From Macrostomum lignano (lineage: Eukaryota), in assembly GCA_002269645.1 (NCBI GenBank), contig NIVC01000355.1:62001-126000 (forward strand): a stretch of 64,000 nucleotides of DNA. Direction: 5' to 3'. Made by a program: the position numbers and the translations under genes. Of the stretch, positions 1 to 11,463 are shown piece by piece (the first letter of the stretch is position 1; each line of letters opens with the position of its first letter). The notes below the pieces were generated by a model. The model saw nothing but the letters and a program-made list of their open reading frames with translations. It did no database searches and was not told the origin of the DNA.

Positions 1-139
1 GACGTTGTCGCGTCCGGGCACGAACTCTCTGTGGGTTGGGGAGTTCGGCAGCTTGTTGCAGTGCTGGGATGTGGGGTGTGGGAGCTTTAGTTCGTCTGTT
101 TGTTTTGTTGTGGTTGCTGCCCGGTTGACTATGAGAGAG

Positions 140-310
140 CGGACGGGTATGTGAGGATAGGTAGATAGACAGGTAGATCGACAGGTAGATAGACAGGTAG
201 ACAGACAGGTAGATAGACAGGTAGAGAGACAGGTAGAGAGATAGGTAGACAGACAGGTAGATGTTTAAACGGGATATACAGATAGGTGAACGGACAAGTA
301 GGTGGACAGG
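140..310. repeat. GATA/GACA/GGTA tetranucleotide-based repeat
   Basis: GATAGACAGGTA-type units. Confidence 0.85.
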
Positions 311-652
311 TAGGCACAGCAGGAGAGAACGGCGTAGTGAAAATGTTGATGGAGGTGAGGCACCGGGATGCAGGCAAGATCGAAATCAGAAACAAAAATA
401 TAACACCAGATTCATCCTAATCTCAAAAAAGATTCTGCAACATCTGTTATCTAAGAAATCATCTTTGCCACACAGATAAACCGTTTACTCAACTGAGATA
501 TGAAGGGTAAATGGCAAGACCTATATTGTATCAGACAAAGCCCAGATGTTAATATTGTGAATCGATTTTTACACGTAACTCTGGCAATCGTTAAAGGTGT
601 GGTACGTAAGGTACCAAATAACTTCTGTGTTAAGTGAATTTATGAGCTCAGC

Positions 653-3600
653 TCAATACAATTTGGTGACAAAAAACCGACTAGAATTTGTTAGAACATT
701 CGCAACTCGATTATAAAAGTGCTTGATGTACTTTTCTCCTGTTTCAAGCCGATTCAGGCCATAGACTATCTGTCTAGCCCGCCTGTTAGCTGGCTCAGTA
801 TCAACTGGCTGAATTTTCGGCAGATTTAGCAGCATCTTTAGAATCCGATGATCGTCTAGGAGGCTGTGAAATTCGATTCCAGTTTCAGTTAAAAAATTGG
901 ACTCAAGACCCACCACCCCATTTTCTCCACTCCAGACCCACCACCAAATTTTCTCCAACCCAGACCCACCACCCATTTTCGTCACCCCAGACCCCACCAT
1001 CCCATTTTCCACTCCAGACCCACCACCCCATTTTCTGCACCCACACCCAGCACCCCATTTTCTGCACTCCAGACCCACCACCCCATTTTCTCCACTCCAG
1101 ACCCACCACCCATTTTCTGCACTCCAGACCCACCACCCCATTTTCTCCAACCCAGACCCACCACCCCATTTTCGTCATCCCAGACCCCACCATCCCATTT
1201 TCCACTCCAGACCCACCACCCCATTTTCTCCACTCCAGACCCACCACCCATTTTCTGCACTCCAGACCCACCACCCCATTTTCTCCAACCCAGACCCACC
1301 ACCCCATTTTCGTCATCCCAGACCCCACCATCCCATTTTCCACTCCAGACCCACCACCCCATTTTCTGCACTCCAGACCCACTACTTTGTCTTCACCCTA
1401 GACCCACCAGCCCATTTTCTTCTCTCCAGACCGACCACCCCATTTTTCCGACAGCCACTGTTACTTACTCGTACAATCCAGTGTGCTGCGGCAGCAGCGG
1501 CTGTCGTCCACTCTGCTGACTCAACCGGCCTCCTTTGTCCAAGCGACTGTCAACTAAGAGCACATCGGGCAGCTGCTGCAGTGGAGACTTAAATGTAAGA
1601 AAGGGAAGAAGTACTGCAAATTTTATCTTTTTTACTTCAAAATTCACACCTATCTACTATTAGTATTCTAGGTGATAAGAATTTACCAGACACTGGAAAT
1701 TAAAACTCAAATTCACTCAGACTCATTCACAGACTGGTCACACCTTGATGCTCACCTGTCTCCAAGTGCCAGTGCTGCTACTTCTGCTATCAGTTCTGAT
1801 GTCGCTCCGTCCACTGTGATTGGCTGATCGATTTGTCCTCACTGATGCCGTGATTGGCCGGGCTCTGAGTTCCACGGTGACGCTGCCGCTGTCGGGCGCT
1901 CCTTCGGCGCCACGGCTGCCACCTGCGCTGCCACTGCCGCTGCCGCTGCCGCTGCTGCTGCCGCTGCTGTCGCTGCGCTGTTGCTGCTCTTCGCTGAGCA
2001 CCGTCAGAGGCGGCTGATGCTGCTGAACGGGCGGCTGCTGCTGCAGCTGCTGTAGATTCTGCGATGAGGCTTCGAGACTGTCCGAAGTCAGCGTCGTCCG
2101 AGTGGCATCCCGGCCAGGTGCGTGATGGCGGTCTGGATGGGTAGGGACAGTGTCTATAGATCTAGTGTGTGATCTATAGATCTAGTGTGTGATCTATAGA
2201 TCTAGTGTGTGATCTATAGATCTAGTGTGTGATCTATAGATCTAGTGTGTGATCTATAGATCTAGTGTGTGATCTATAGATCTAGTGTGTGATCTATAGA
2301 TCTAGTGTGTGATCTATAGATCTAGTGTGTGATCTATAGATCTAGTGTGTGATCTATAGATCTAGTGTGTGATCTATAGATCTAGTGTGTGATCTATAGA
2401 TCTAGTGTGTGATCTATAGATCTAGTGTGTGATCTATAGAATCTAGTGTGTGATCTATAGATCTAGTGTGTGATCTATAGAATCTAGTGTGTGATCTATA
2501 GATCTAGTGTGTGATCTATAGATCTAGTGTGTGATCTATAGATCTAGTGTGTGATCTATAGAATCTAGTGTGTGATCTATAGATCTAGTGTGTGATCTAT
2601 AGAATCTAGTGTGTGATCTATAGAATCTAGTGTGTGATCTATAGATCTAGTGTGTGATCTATAGAATCTAGTGTGTGATCTATAGATCTAGTGTGTGATC
2701 TATAGAATCTAGTGTGTGATCTATAGATCTAGTGTGTGATCTATAGAATCTAGTGTGTGATCTATAGATCTAGTGTGTGATCTATAGAATCTAGTGTGTG
2801 ATCTATAGAATCTAGTGTGTGATCTATAGATCTAGTGTGTGATCTATAGAATCTAGTGTGTGATCTATAGATCTAGTGTGTGATCTATAGAATCTAGTGT
2901 GTGATCTATAGATCTAGTGTGTGATCTATAGAATCTAGTGTGTGATCTATAGAATCTAGTGTGTGATCTATAGATCTAGTGTGTGATCTATAGAATCTAG
3001 TGTGTGATCTATAGATCTAGTGTGTGATCTATAGAATCTAGTGTGTGATCTATAGAATCTAGTGTGTGATCTATAGATCTAGTGTGTGATCTATAGAATC
3101 TAGTGTGTGATCTATAGATCTAGTGTGTGATCTATAGAATCTAGTGTGTGATCTATAGATCTAGTGTGTGATCTATAGAATCTAGTGTGTGATCTATAGA
3201 TCTAGTGTGTGATCTATAGAATCTAGTGTGTGATCTATAGATCTAGTGTGTGATCTATAGAATCGAGTGTGTGATCTATAGATCTAGTGTGTGATCTATA
3301 GAATCGAGTGTACTCGTATGATATATAGAATCAATCGCTTAATCTGTAGAAACTAGTGCTTGATCAAAGTTTTCCAATCTCCAGAATCCTTCGCACCCAC
3401 AATCTACAGAACCTGTCACCCCAATCTACAGAACCTGTCACCCCAATCTACAGAACCTCACCCCAATCTACAGAACCTGTCACCCTAATCTACAGAACCT
3501 GTCACCCCAGTCTACAGAACCTGTCACCCCAGTCTACAGAACCTGTCACCCCAGTCTACAGAACCTGTCACCCCAGTCTACAGAACCTGTCACCCCAATC

Positions 3601-6600
3601 TACAGAACCTGTCACCCCAATCTACAGAACTTGTCACCCCAATCTACAAAACCTGCAGCTCAGTCTCACCCCCAGCGGTCAGGCTGGTGACCTCGCTGCT
3701 CCCCAGACCCGAGTCAGCGAAGCTGGCAGCTCTGGCGGGTCTCTTCGCTGGCGCAGCCTCTTTGACAGAAGATGCAGCTGATGAGATCCTTTCCTGCTCC
3801 GTCTCAACTTTTTCCTCCGCAGCCTCCTTCTCAGCTTCATCCGGGTTTTGAGGCAGATTTTTCAAACGAACCATCAGGTCGCTTTCGAAAAGCTGCACCA
3901 CAGGCTCGTCCCGTGCCAGCAGCGCCTCCAAATCCTGCCTGACCATCCCGGAAGATTCTCGAGAGGCCAAAGCCAGGACCGAGTCGGCGGCCGCAGCCGA
4001 GGACTTCTCAGCTTCAGCCTTCGCCGCCTCGGCTGCTGCGGCGGCGGCGGCAGCGGCAGCGGCGGCCGCGGCAGCCTCTTGAAGGCGGCCTTCGAGTTCT
4101 TGATGCACGGTGTTCCACCTCTGAATTGGGGAAGGAGTGGGATTGGAATTGGATTAGCAATCCCATGTGAGATAGATTAGCAATCCCATGTGAGATAGAT
4201 TAGCAATCCATGTGAGACAGATTAGCAATCCCATGTGAGATAGATTAGCAATCCCTTGTGAGATAGATTAGCAATCCATGTGAGACAGATTAGCAATCCG
4301 TGTGAGATAGATTAGCAATCCCATGTGAGATAGATTAGCAATCCATGTGAGACAGACTAGCAATCCCATGTGAGATAGATTAGCAATCCCTTGTGAGATA
4401 GATTAGCAATCCATGTGAGACAGATTAGCAATCCGTGTGAGATAGATTAGCAATCCCATGTGAGATAGATTAGCAATCCATGTGAGACAGATTAGCAATC
4501 CATGTGAGACAGATTAGCAATCCCATGTGAGATAGATTAGCAATTCAAAGTGAGATAGATTAGCAATCCCATGCGAGATAGATTAGCAATCCATGTGAGA
4601 TAGATTAACAATCCATTCACTTTGCTGTTCCCACATTCGCACCTCTTTAAGTCTGGCGATGTCCTTGTAGCCCAGGAACTCCAGCAGATCAACGGTCTGA
4701 TCGCCTTTGATGAGCATTAGCTTGAGCCGCTGCTCAGACAGGACGCCGGCTTCTTCGCTCTGTTCGAATATGGTTGCCATGTGACTGATGAGCTGGTCCT
4801 CCACAGATTTGTGTTGTTCCGGCTCAAGGTCCAATTGCCTGCGAATTGAAGTCGGAGTAGAGTGGTGAGTAGAGTGGTTAGTAGAGTGGTGAGTAGAGTG
4901 GCGAGTAGAGTGGTGATTAGAGTGGTTAGTAGAGTGGTGACTAGAGTGGTGAGTAGAGTGATGAGTAGAGTGGTGAGTAGAGTGGTGATTAAAGTGGTTA
5001 GTAGAGTGGTGAGTACAATGGCGAGTAGAGTGGTGAGTAGAGCGGTGAGTAGAGTGGTGAGTAGAGTGGTGAGTAGAGTAGTGAGTAGAGTAGTGAGTAG
5101 AGTGATGAGTAGCTTGGTGAGTAGAGCTGGTAAGTAGAGTGTGGTGATTAAAATGGTGACTAGAGTGGTTAGTAGAGTGGTGAGTAGAGTGGTTAGTAGA
5201 GTGGTGAGTAGAGTGGTAAGTAGAGTGGTGAGTAGAGAGGTAAGTAGAGTGGTGAGTAGAGTGGTGAGTAGAGTGGTGACTAGAGTGGTGAGTAGAGTGG
5301 CAAGTAGAGTGGTGAGAAGTGTCACTCACCTCTTAATATCCCGCACTCTGTTGCACATGGCCAGGTGATCCTGGTCGCTGACTGTAAACTTCATCAACGT
5401 GAGCAGGCCCCTAGTAACTGGTTCCTTCTCCGCTGGCGGAACCTCAGCCAGAGTGAACCAGGGCTCGGCCAGGATCTGCTCCAGCAAAGAGTCGGCAGTC
5501 GTCGACACCGCATTAGCAGCAGGTTGTGTTCCGCCATCGCCGAACTGAACACGGCGAGTCCTTTCAGCTGACGACCTTCCGCCTGGCTGCGGCTCGGTCT
5601 GCCGTGCCAGCGGCTGCACCTCAGGCAGCGGCGGCGGCTGCTGCTGCTGCATCTGTCGATCGGCTGCCGACCCGGCAGATGTCGGCGTCTTGAGTATCGA
5701 CTGCGGCGGTTGCGGCTGTTGCGGCTGCGATTGCTGAGGCTCTGGCGGCTGAGCCGCCTGATTGGCTGGCTCTTCTTTTGGCTGAGTGTTGGAGGAGTGT
5801 TTGTAGATGTAGATGGGACAAAAGTGCACTGGATTACTTAAAAGTACACTAGATAACATAAAAGTAGATTGGATGTCATAAAGTACACTATATAAGATAA
5901 AAGTACGCTTAATGACACAAAAGTACACTCGATGAGATAAAAGTACACTATATGAGATAAAAGTACACTATATGAGATAAAAGTACACTATATGAGATAA
6001 AAGTACACTATATGAGATAAAAGTACACTATATGAGATAAAAGTACACTATATGAGATAAAAGTACACTATATGAGATTAAAGTACACTGGATAAGATTA
6101 AAAAAAGTTGAATGACATATAAGTAGTACACTAGATAAGATAAAAACATTAGATGAGATGAAAGTACACTGGATAAGATAAAATTACTCTAGATAAGACA
6201 AAAGTACACTAAATAATAGTACACTAGATAAGCCAAAAGTACACTAGATAAGATAAAAAAGTACTCTAGATAAGATAAATACACTAGATGACATACGAGT
6301 ACAATCAATCAGATGAAGTTCATAAATTGGGATAAAATCACAAGAGATCCCTAAAAACCGAACACTCACCTCGGACCCCTGAGTCTGTCCCGACTTGCCC
6401 TTCCCAGCTCCGGGCACCGTCAGTTTCTTTGTCTTCTTCACGATCGGCTTCCTGGCCTTCTTTTTCGTCGCTTTCTGCTGCTCCTGTGGGGGCTGCTCCT
6501 CCTTCGGTGTCTCTGTTGATGGCAGCTCCGTCGCCACCGGCGTCGCTTCGCGCGTAGTCGCAGCCGGGGCCGCCGACTTGACGACCGGGTCCTCTGTGTC

Positions 6601-9279
6601 GGGACTGACGGCGGTGGTGGCGACCTCCTCCGGCGGCGCCTGCATCGGCGCGCTAATTGGCGGCAGGGTGCGCACGTTGATCTGCCGCTGCTGTCGCGGC
6701 TCCTTCGGCGGCGTCGGCGCCTCCTCCGCTCGGCTGGGCGCCTGCGACTGCTGCTGCGAGGCCCGGCTGCCGGCCGCCGCTTCCGCCGCCTCGGCCGCCG
6801 CCTTCTGCTGCAACTCCTCCAGCATCTGGCGCCGCTTCTCCAGGGCGGTCTCGAGGTCGGCGAGGCTCGCACCGCTCAGCCAGTCGCGCTCGGCCTCGGC
6901 CAGCTGCTGCTGACGGGCGCGCTCGGCCGTGTCAGCGCTGTTCAGCGAGCGGCGCCGGCGAGGTGCGTCCTGGAGAGGGGATTGGGCGATGTGAAGATGT
7001 GGGGATTCCAGGAATAGGTCAATGATTCTTCAAGTGGGTCAAGGATATTTTAAGCGGGTTAAGGATTCTTATAATGGGTCAAGTATTCCTGGAATTGGGT
7101 CAAGGGTTCTTCAATTGGGTCAAGAATTCGTCAAGTGGGTCAAGGACTCTTCAAGTGGGTCAATGATTCTTCAAATGGGTCAAGGATTCTTCCAGTGGGT
7201 CAAGGATTCTTCAAGTGGGTCAAGGATCCTTCAAGTGGGTCAAGGATCCTTCAAGTGGGTCAAGGATCCTTCAAGTGGGTCAAGGATTTCTCAAGTGGGT
7301 CAAGGATTCGTCAAGTGGGTCAATGATTCTTCAAGTGGGTCAAGGAATTTTGGAATGGGTCAAGGATTCTTCAAGTGGGTCAAGGAATTTTGGAATGGGT
7401 CAAGGATTCTTCAAGTGGGTCAAGGAATTCTGGAATTGGGTCAAGGGTTCTTCAATTGGGTCAAGGATTCTTCAAGTAGGTCAAGGATTCTTCAAGTGGG
7501 TCAAGGATTCTTTGAATGGGCCAGCGTTAAAGGTCATTAAAACTTATTCTCAGCCATTTTGGACTCAAGTTTTATACTTCTGACCTGTTTTAGATGCATT
7601 TGAAAATATTTGAAAATAGAAGTTATAAACCGTATCAAACTCACGCCGAATTGCGTCATCAGATCACTTGCCTTGGGTTCGTACAGATCTCGGATTACGG
7701 AGTTGGGAATTTCACCTGGTTTTATATTAGGTATTGGCTGTTTGAATTGGTTCATACTTCAAGTTATTTAAATAAATAGATATCGATAAAGGGGGATAGA
7801 GATCGCTAGAGAGGGAGACAGAGATCGATAGAGAGGGAGATAGATATCGATAGAGAGGGAGATAGAGATCGATAGAGAGGGAGATAGATATCGATAGAGA
7901 GGGAGATAGATATCGATAGAGAGGGAGATAGAGATCGCTAGAGAGGGAGATAGATATCGATAGAGAGGGAGATAGAGATCGATAGAGAGGGAGATAGATA
8001 TCGATAGAGAGGGAGATAGATATCGATAGAGAGGGAGATAGAGATCGCTAGAGAGGGAGATAGAGATCGATAGAGAGGGAGATAGATATCGATAGAGAGG
8101 GAGATAGATATCGATAGAGAGGGAGATAGAGATCGCTAGAGAGGGAGATAGAGATCGATAGAGAGGGAGATAGATATCGATAGAGAGGGAGATAGATATC
8201 GATAGAGAGGGAGATAGAGATCGCTAGAGAGGGAGATAGATATCGATAGAGAGGGAGATAGAGATCGATAGAGAGGGAGATAGATATCGATAGAGAGGGA
8301 GATAGATATCGATAGAGAGGGAGACAGAGATTGATAGAGAGGGAGATAGAGATCGCTAGAGAGGGAGTTAGAGATCGATAGAGAGGGAGATATAGATCGC
8401 TAGAGAGGGAGACAGAGATTGATACAGAGGGAGATAGAGATCGATAGAGAGGGAGATAGAGATCGATAGAGAGGGAGATAGATATCGATAGAGAGGGAGA
8501 TAGATATCGATAGAGAGGGAGATAGAGATCGGTAGAGAGGGAGATAGATATCGGTAGAGAGGGAGATAGATATCGGTAGAGAGGGAGATAGAGATCGATA
8601 GAGAGGGAGATAGAGATCGCTAGAGAGGGAGATAGAGATCGATAGAGAGGGAGATAGAGATCGCTAGAGAGGGAGATAGAGATCGATAGAGAGGGAGATA
8701 GATATCGATAGAGAGGGAGATAGATATCGATAGAGAGGGAGATAGAGATCGGTAGAGAGGGAGATAGATATCGGTAGAGAGGGAGATAGATATCGGTAGA
8801 GAGGGAGATAGAGATCGATAGAGAGGGAGATAGAGATCGCTAGAGAGGGAGATAGAGATCGATAGAGAGGGAGATAGAGATCGATAGAGAGGGAGATAGA
8901 GATCGATAGAGAGGGAGATAGAGATCGGTAGAGAGGGAGATAGAGATCGGTAGAGAGGGAGATAGAGATCGGTAGAGAGGGAGATAGATATCGGTAGAGA
9001 GAGAGACAGAGACCTGCAGAGAAGTGACACAAATCTGCAGTGATCCTCAAGCAGCTCACAGTCAGGCGCCACCGGGAAGCGACTCCGTGGCGGCGCCCGC
9101 GGCCGTCCCGCCCGCAGGTCCCAGGCGAGGTCCAGCTGGCAGGCTCGCGCCAGTTCGACCTTCCGGCCGGGCGGATAGCCCAGGGTGGCCGCGGCTGGCC
9201 AGACCGGAACTGCAGGTGCCGGCGAAGCCGAAGGCAAAGGCGAAGCCGCTGCAGAGCTCTTCTGAGTTGCGGAAGCCAT
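653..9279 (-). CDS. Gene A: 9-exon hypothetical protein (~947 aa), low-complexity Ala/Gln/Pro/Glu-rich with probable coiled-coil segments; no recognised family
   Basis: Hand-spliced exons 9279-9014, 7756-7585, 6969-6370, 5781-5330, 4838-4643, 4120-3670, 2132-1756, 1587-1469, 863-653. All introns are GT-AG and the phases chain (2,0,0,2,0,1,0,2) into one 2844-nt ORF from ATG (MASATQK) to TGA (FFVTKLY*). Exon parts match ORF-track entries 8620..9279, 7537..7755, 6244..6825, 5326..5928, 4583..5329, 3644..4108, 1738..2001, 1465..1647, 653..1150. Confidence 0.75.
905..1440. repeat. Minisatellite in gene A intron 8 (CCACCACCCCATTTTCTCCACTCCAGAC-like, with larger repeated blocks)
   Basis: Direct reading; repeated peptide blocks in ORFs 897..1592 and 903..1382. 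Confidence 0.9.
2153..3305. repeat. 20/21-bp minisatellite GATCTATAG(A)ATCTAGTGTGT with palindromic core
   Basis: About 55 near-perfect units; the 20-mer contains the 12-bp palindrome GATCTATAGATC. Confidence 0.97.
3400..3650. repeat. 22-bp minisatellite TCTACAGAACCTGTCACCCCAA
   Basis: About 11 units next to the exon 6 donor of gene A. Confidence 0.9.
4155..4615. repeat. 22/23-bp minisatellite GAGATAGATTAGCAATCC(C)ATGT
   Basis: About 20 units filling gene A intron 5. Confidence 0.92.
4857..5315. repeat. 12-bp minisatellite GTAGAGTGGTGA
   Basis: Fills almost all of gene A intron 4. Confidence 0.92.
5820..6290. repeat. 20-bp minisatellite AAAGTACACTATATGAGATA, degenerate at the edges
   Basis: Perfect core 5935-6080; gene A intron 3. 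Confidence 0.88.
7020..7520. repeat. 20-bp minisatellite TCAAGTGGGTCAAGGATTCT
   Basis: Gene A intron 2. Confidence 0.9.
7790..9010. repeat. 22-bp minisatellite GATAGAGATCGATAGAGAGGGA
   Basis: About 55 units filling gene A intron 1. Confidence 0.95.
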
Positions 9280-10229
9280 GTCGTCAATCTCCGGCTCCTT
9301 TGTTGCTCAAACCGCTTGAGTCCTCTCTCTGTTGTTCAAGCTTTTATTTGGCGAGACAAAAACGAAGAACTGCACGAATTTGTGGATTTCTGCTTCTGTT
9401 CTCTGCCGGAGGAGGAGGGGTGGCTGATGCTTTCTGTCCATATCCCCTCTCTCCCTTACCCGTAGCCCATTGTTTCTCACCTGAAGCAGAAGACTGGGCC
9501 TTGTCTCCCCCCACGCTGTAACCAAGGAGAGCAGGCGGTTCTGTTTCAAAGGACAGAAAGTGACGGGAGGGGGCAATCCAATCTTGATCTGCCTCCCCCA
9601 CTGCTCCAGTGCACGCCCTGTGCTCAAACAGTTGAGGTCTGTCCCCTTCCTCTCCCCCTGTCTCTCTCTCTCTCTCTCTCCTTTTTTCCGCGTTGCCATG
9701 GTTTCCATGGCTTATGCTAAAGCTCTCTTCTCTGGACCTTTCTCGTCTGTTTCTATAACCAACCTATCTGGCCAATTTTGATACAAGCTTTTTGTGTCAA
9801 CAGCTCTCGCATTGAGTCTACACTTGAGTGTCTCTCTTGAGCGCAGTGTGAGCTGTTTATATTCTGCGATCTTTTTTCCATGTTTTCATTTCTTAGCTCG
9901 CAAAAGAAGGTGAAAGTTTGTTACTGGGCTGCAAAATCGTATGTTTGAGTCCCAACTGGAGTCTGTGTTGACCAGTAATTACGCAGACTTATAAGTAAGA
10001 AAGCGAATATTTTACCTGTCAGCTGGGTACCCCCCGCGGAGATAATTGGGGTGGCGCTGATTTACGAGCTCAAAAATATTTTTTGTTTTTATTACTCTTC
10101 TATTTCTTGGAAAGAGCTCTGTTGGCTTCAGTATTGATTGTGTATCAAAAAAATTGTTTAGATTTCTAGAGACCCGAAATGCATTCAAAGAGAAGAGACC
10201 GAGTGTCTGACTGAGGTGTCCGAACGATA

Positions 10230-10710
10230 AGAAAGATAGTTGAAAAATTCATCAGGTGTCCGAAAGATTAGCGAAGTGTCCGAAAGATTAAGGAGATGTC
10301 CGAAAAATTAGGGAAGTGTCCGAAAGATTAGGGAGGTGTCCGAAAGATAGGGAGGTGTCCGAAAGATTAGGGAGGTGTCCGAAAGATTAGGGAAGTGTCC
10401 GAAAGATTAAGGAGGTGTCCGAAAGATTAGGGAGGTGTCCGAAAGATTAGGGAGGTGTCCGAAAGAGTAAGGAGATGTCCGAAAGATTTGGGAAGTGTCC
10501 GAAAGATTACAGGGGTGTCCGAAAAATCACAGGGGTGTCCAAAAGATCACTGGGTATCCGAAAGATCACAGGGGTGTCCAAAAGATCACAGGGGTGTCCG
10601 AAAGATAACTGGGGTGTCCGAAAGATAACTGGGGTGTCCAAAAGATCACAGGGGTGTCCGAAAGATCACTGGGGTATCCGAAAGATCACAGGTGTGTCCG
10701 AAAGATCACT
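10230..10710. repeat. 20/21-bp minisatellite GTGTCCGAAAGATTAGGGAG grading into GGGGTGTCCGAAAGATCACA
   Basis: Intergenic, between genes B and A. Confidence 0.9.
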
Positions 10711-11045
10711 GGGAGCGATTAATGAACTTTAAAGGGAATAAAACTCATGACTCAAGACTGTGTTTCGAGAAAATTAAAGAATTTTTGTACTGCAATCAGC
10801 AATTTGATTTAAATATATTTGGTTTCAGGATATAATTTGCAAAAATCAGCTGACAGCAATTAATTTCTATCTATACTGGCATTCTACTGGAAGCAGGAAA
10901 AATTTCATATTTGATCGCATTTATTAATATTTGCACCGACAAGCCTAATGGTTAATTAAGTATTGTGATTCGAAAAAACGTAACAAAAGTTTCGTGCTCT
11001 TAAAAAATGTGAAATGTCTGATTGTCCGAACGCGCGCCGCAGGCG

Positions 11046-11270
11046 TCAGCACTGGTTGTCCAGGTAGTAAATAGTGACGGAGCCGTCAATGCTGGCCTCA
11101 TTGCCACCGGTGACGCTTGAGCACGAGTTGCTCAGAGACATGGTGGCGTTGCAGAACGAGCCGCCTCCGCCCCCGGCCTGCAGCGAAGAATTTTAATGCC
11201 ATTGTCAATAACTCTACTGTTAGTAGTGTGCTAATCTGTGCCTTCAATATTAATACGACTGAAACTACAA

Positions 11271-11334
<64 letters not shown>

Positions 11335-11397
11335 ATGATAATAATACTACTACTAGTACTACTACTACTACTACTACTAATGATAATAATACTACTA

Positions 11398-11463
<66 letters not shown>

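Noticed and set aside
4583-5329. His/Thr/Ser-rich 248-aa ORF as a histidine-rich protein
   Set aside because: The His-rich part is the 12-bp array inside a GT-AG intron; only 4838-4643 fits the spliced model.
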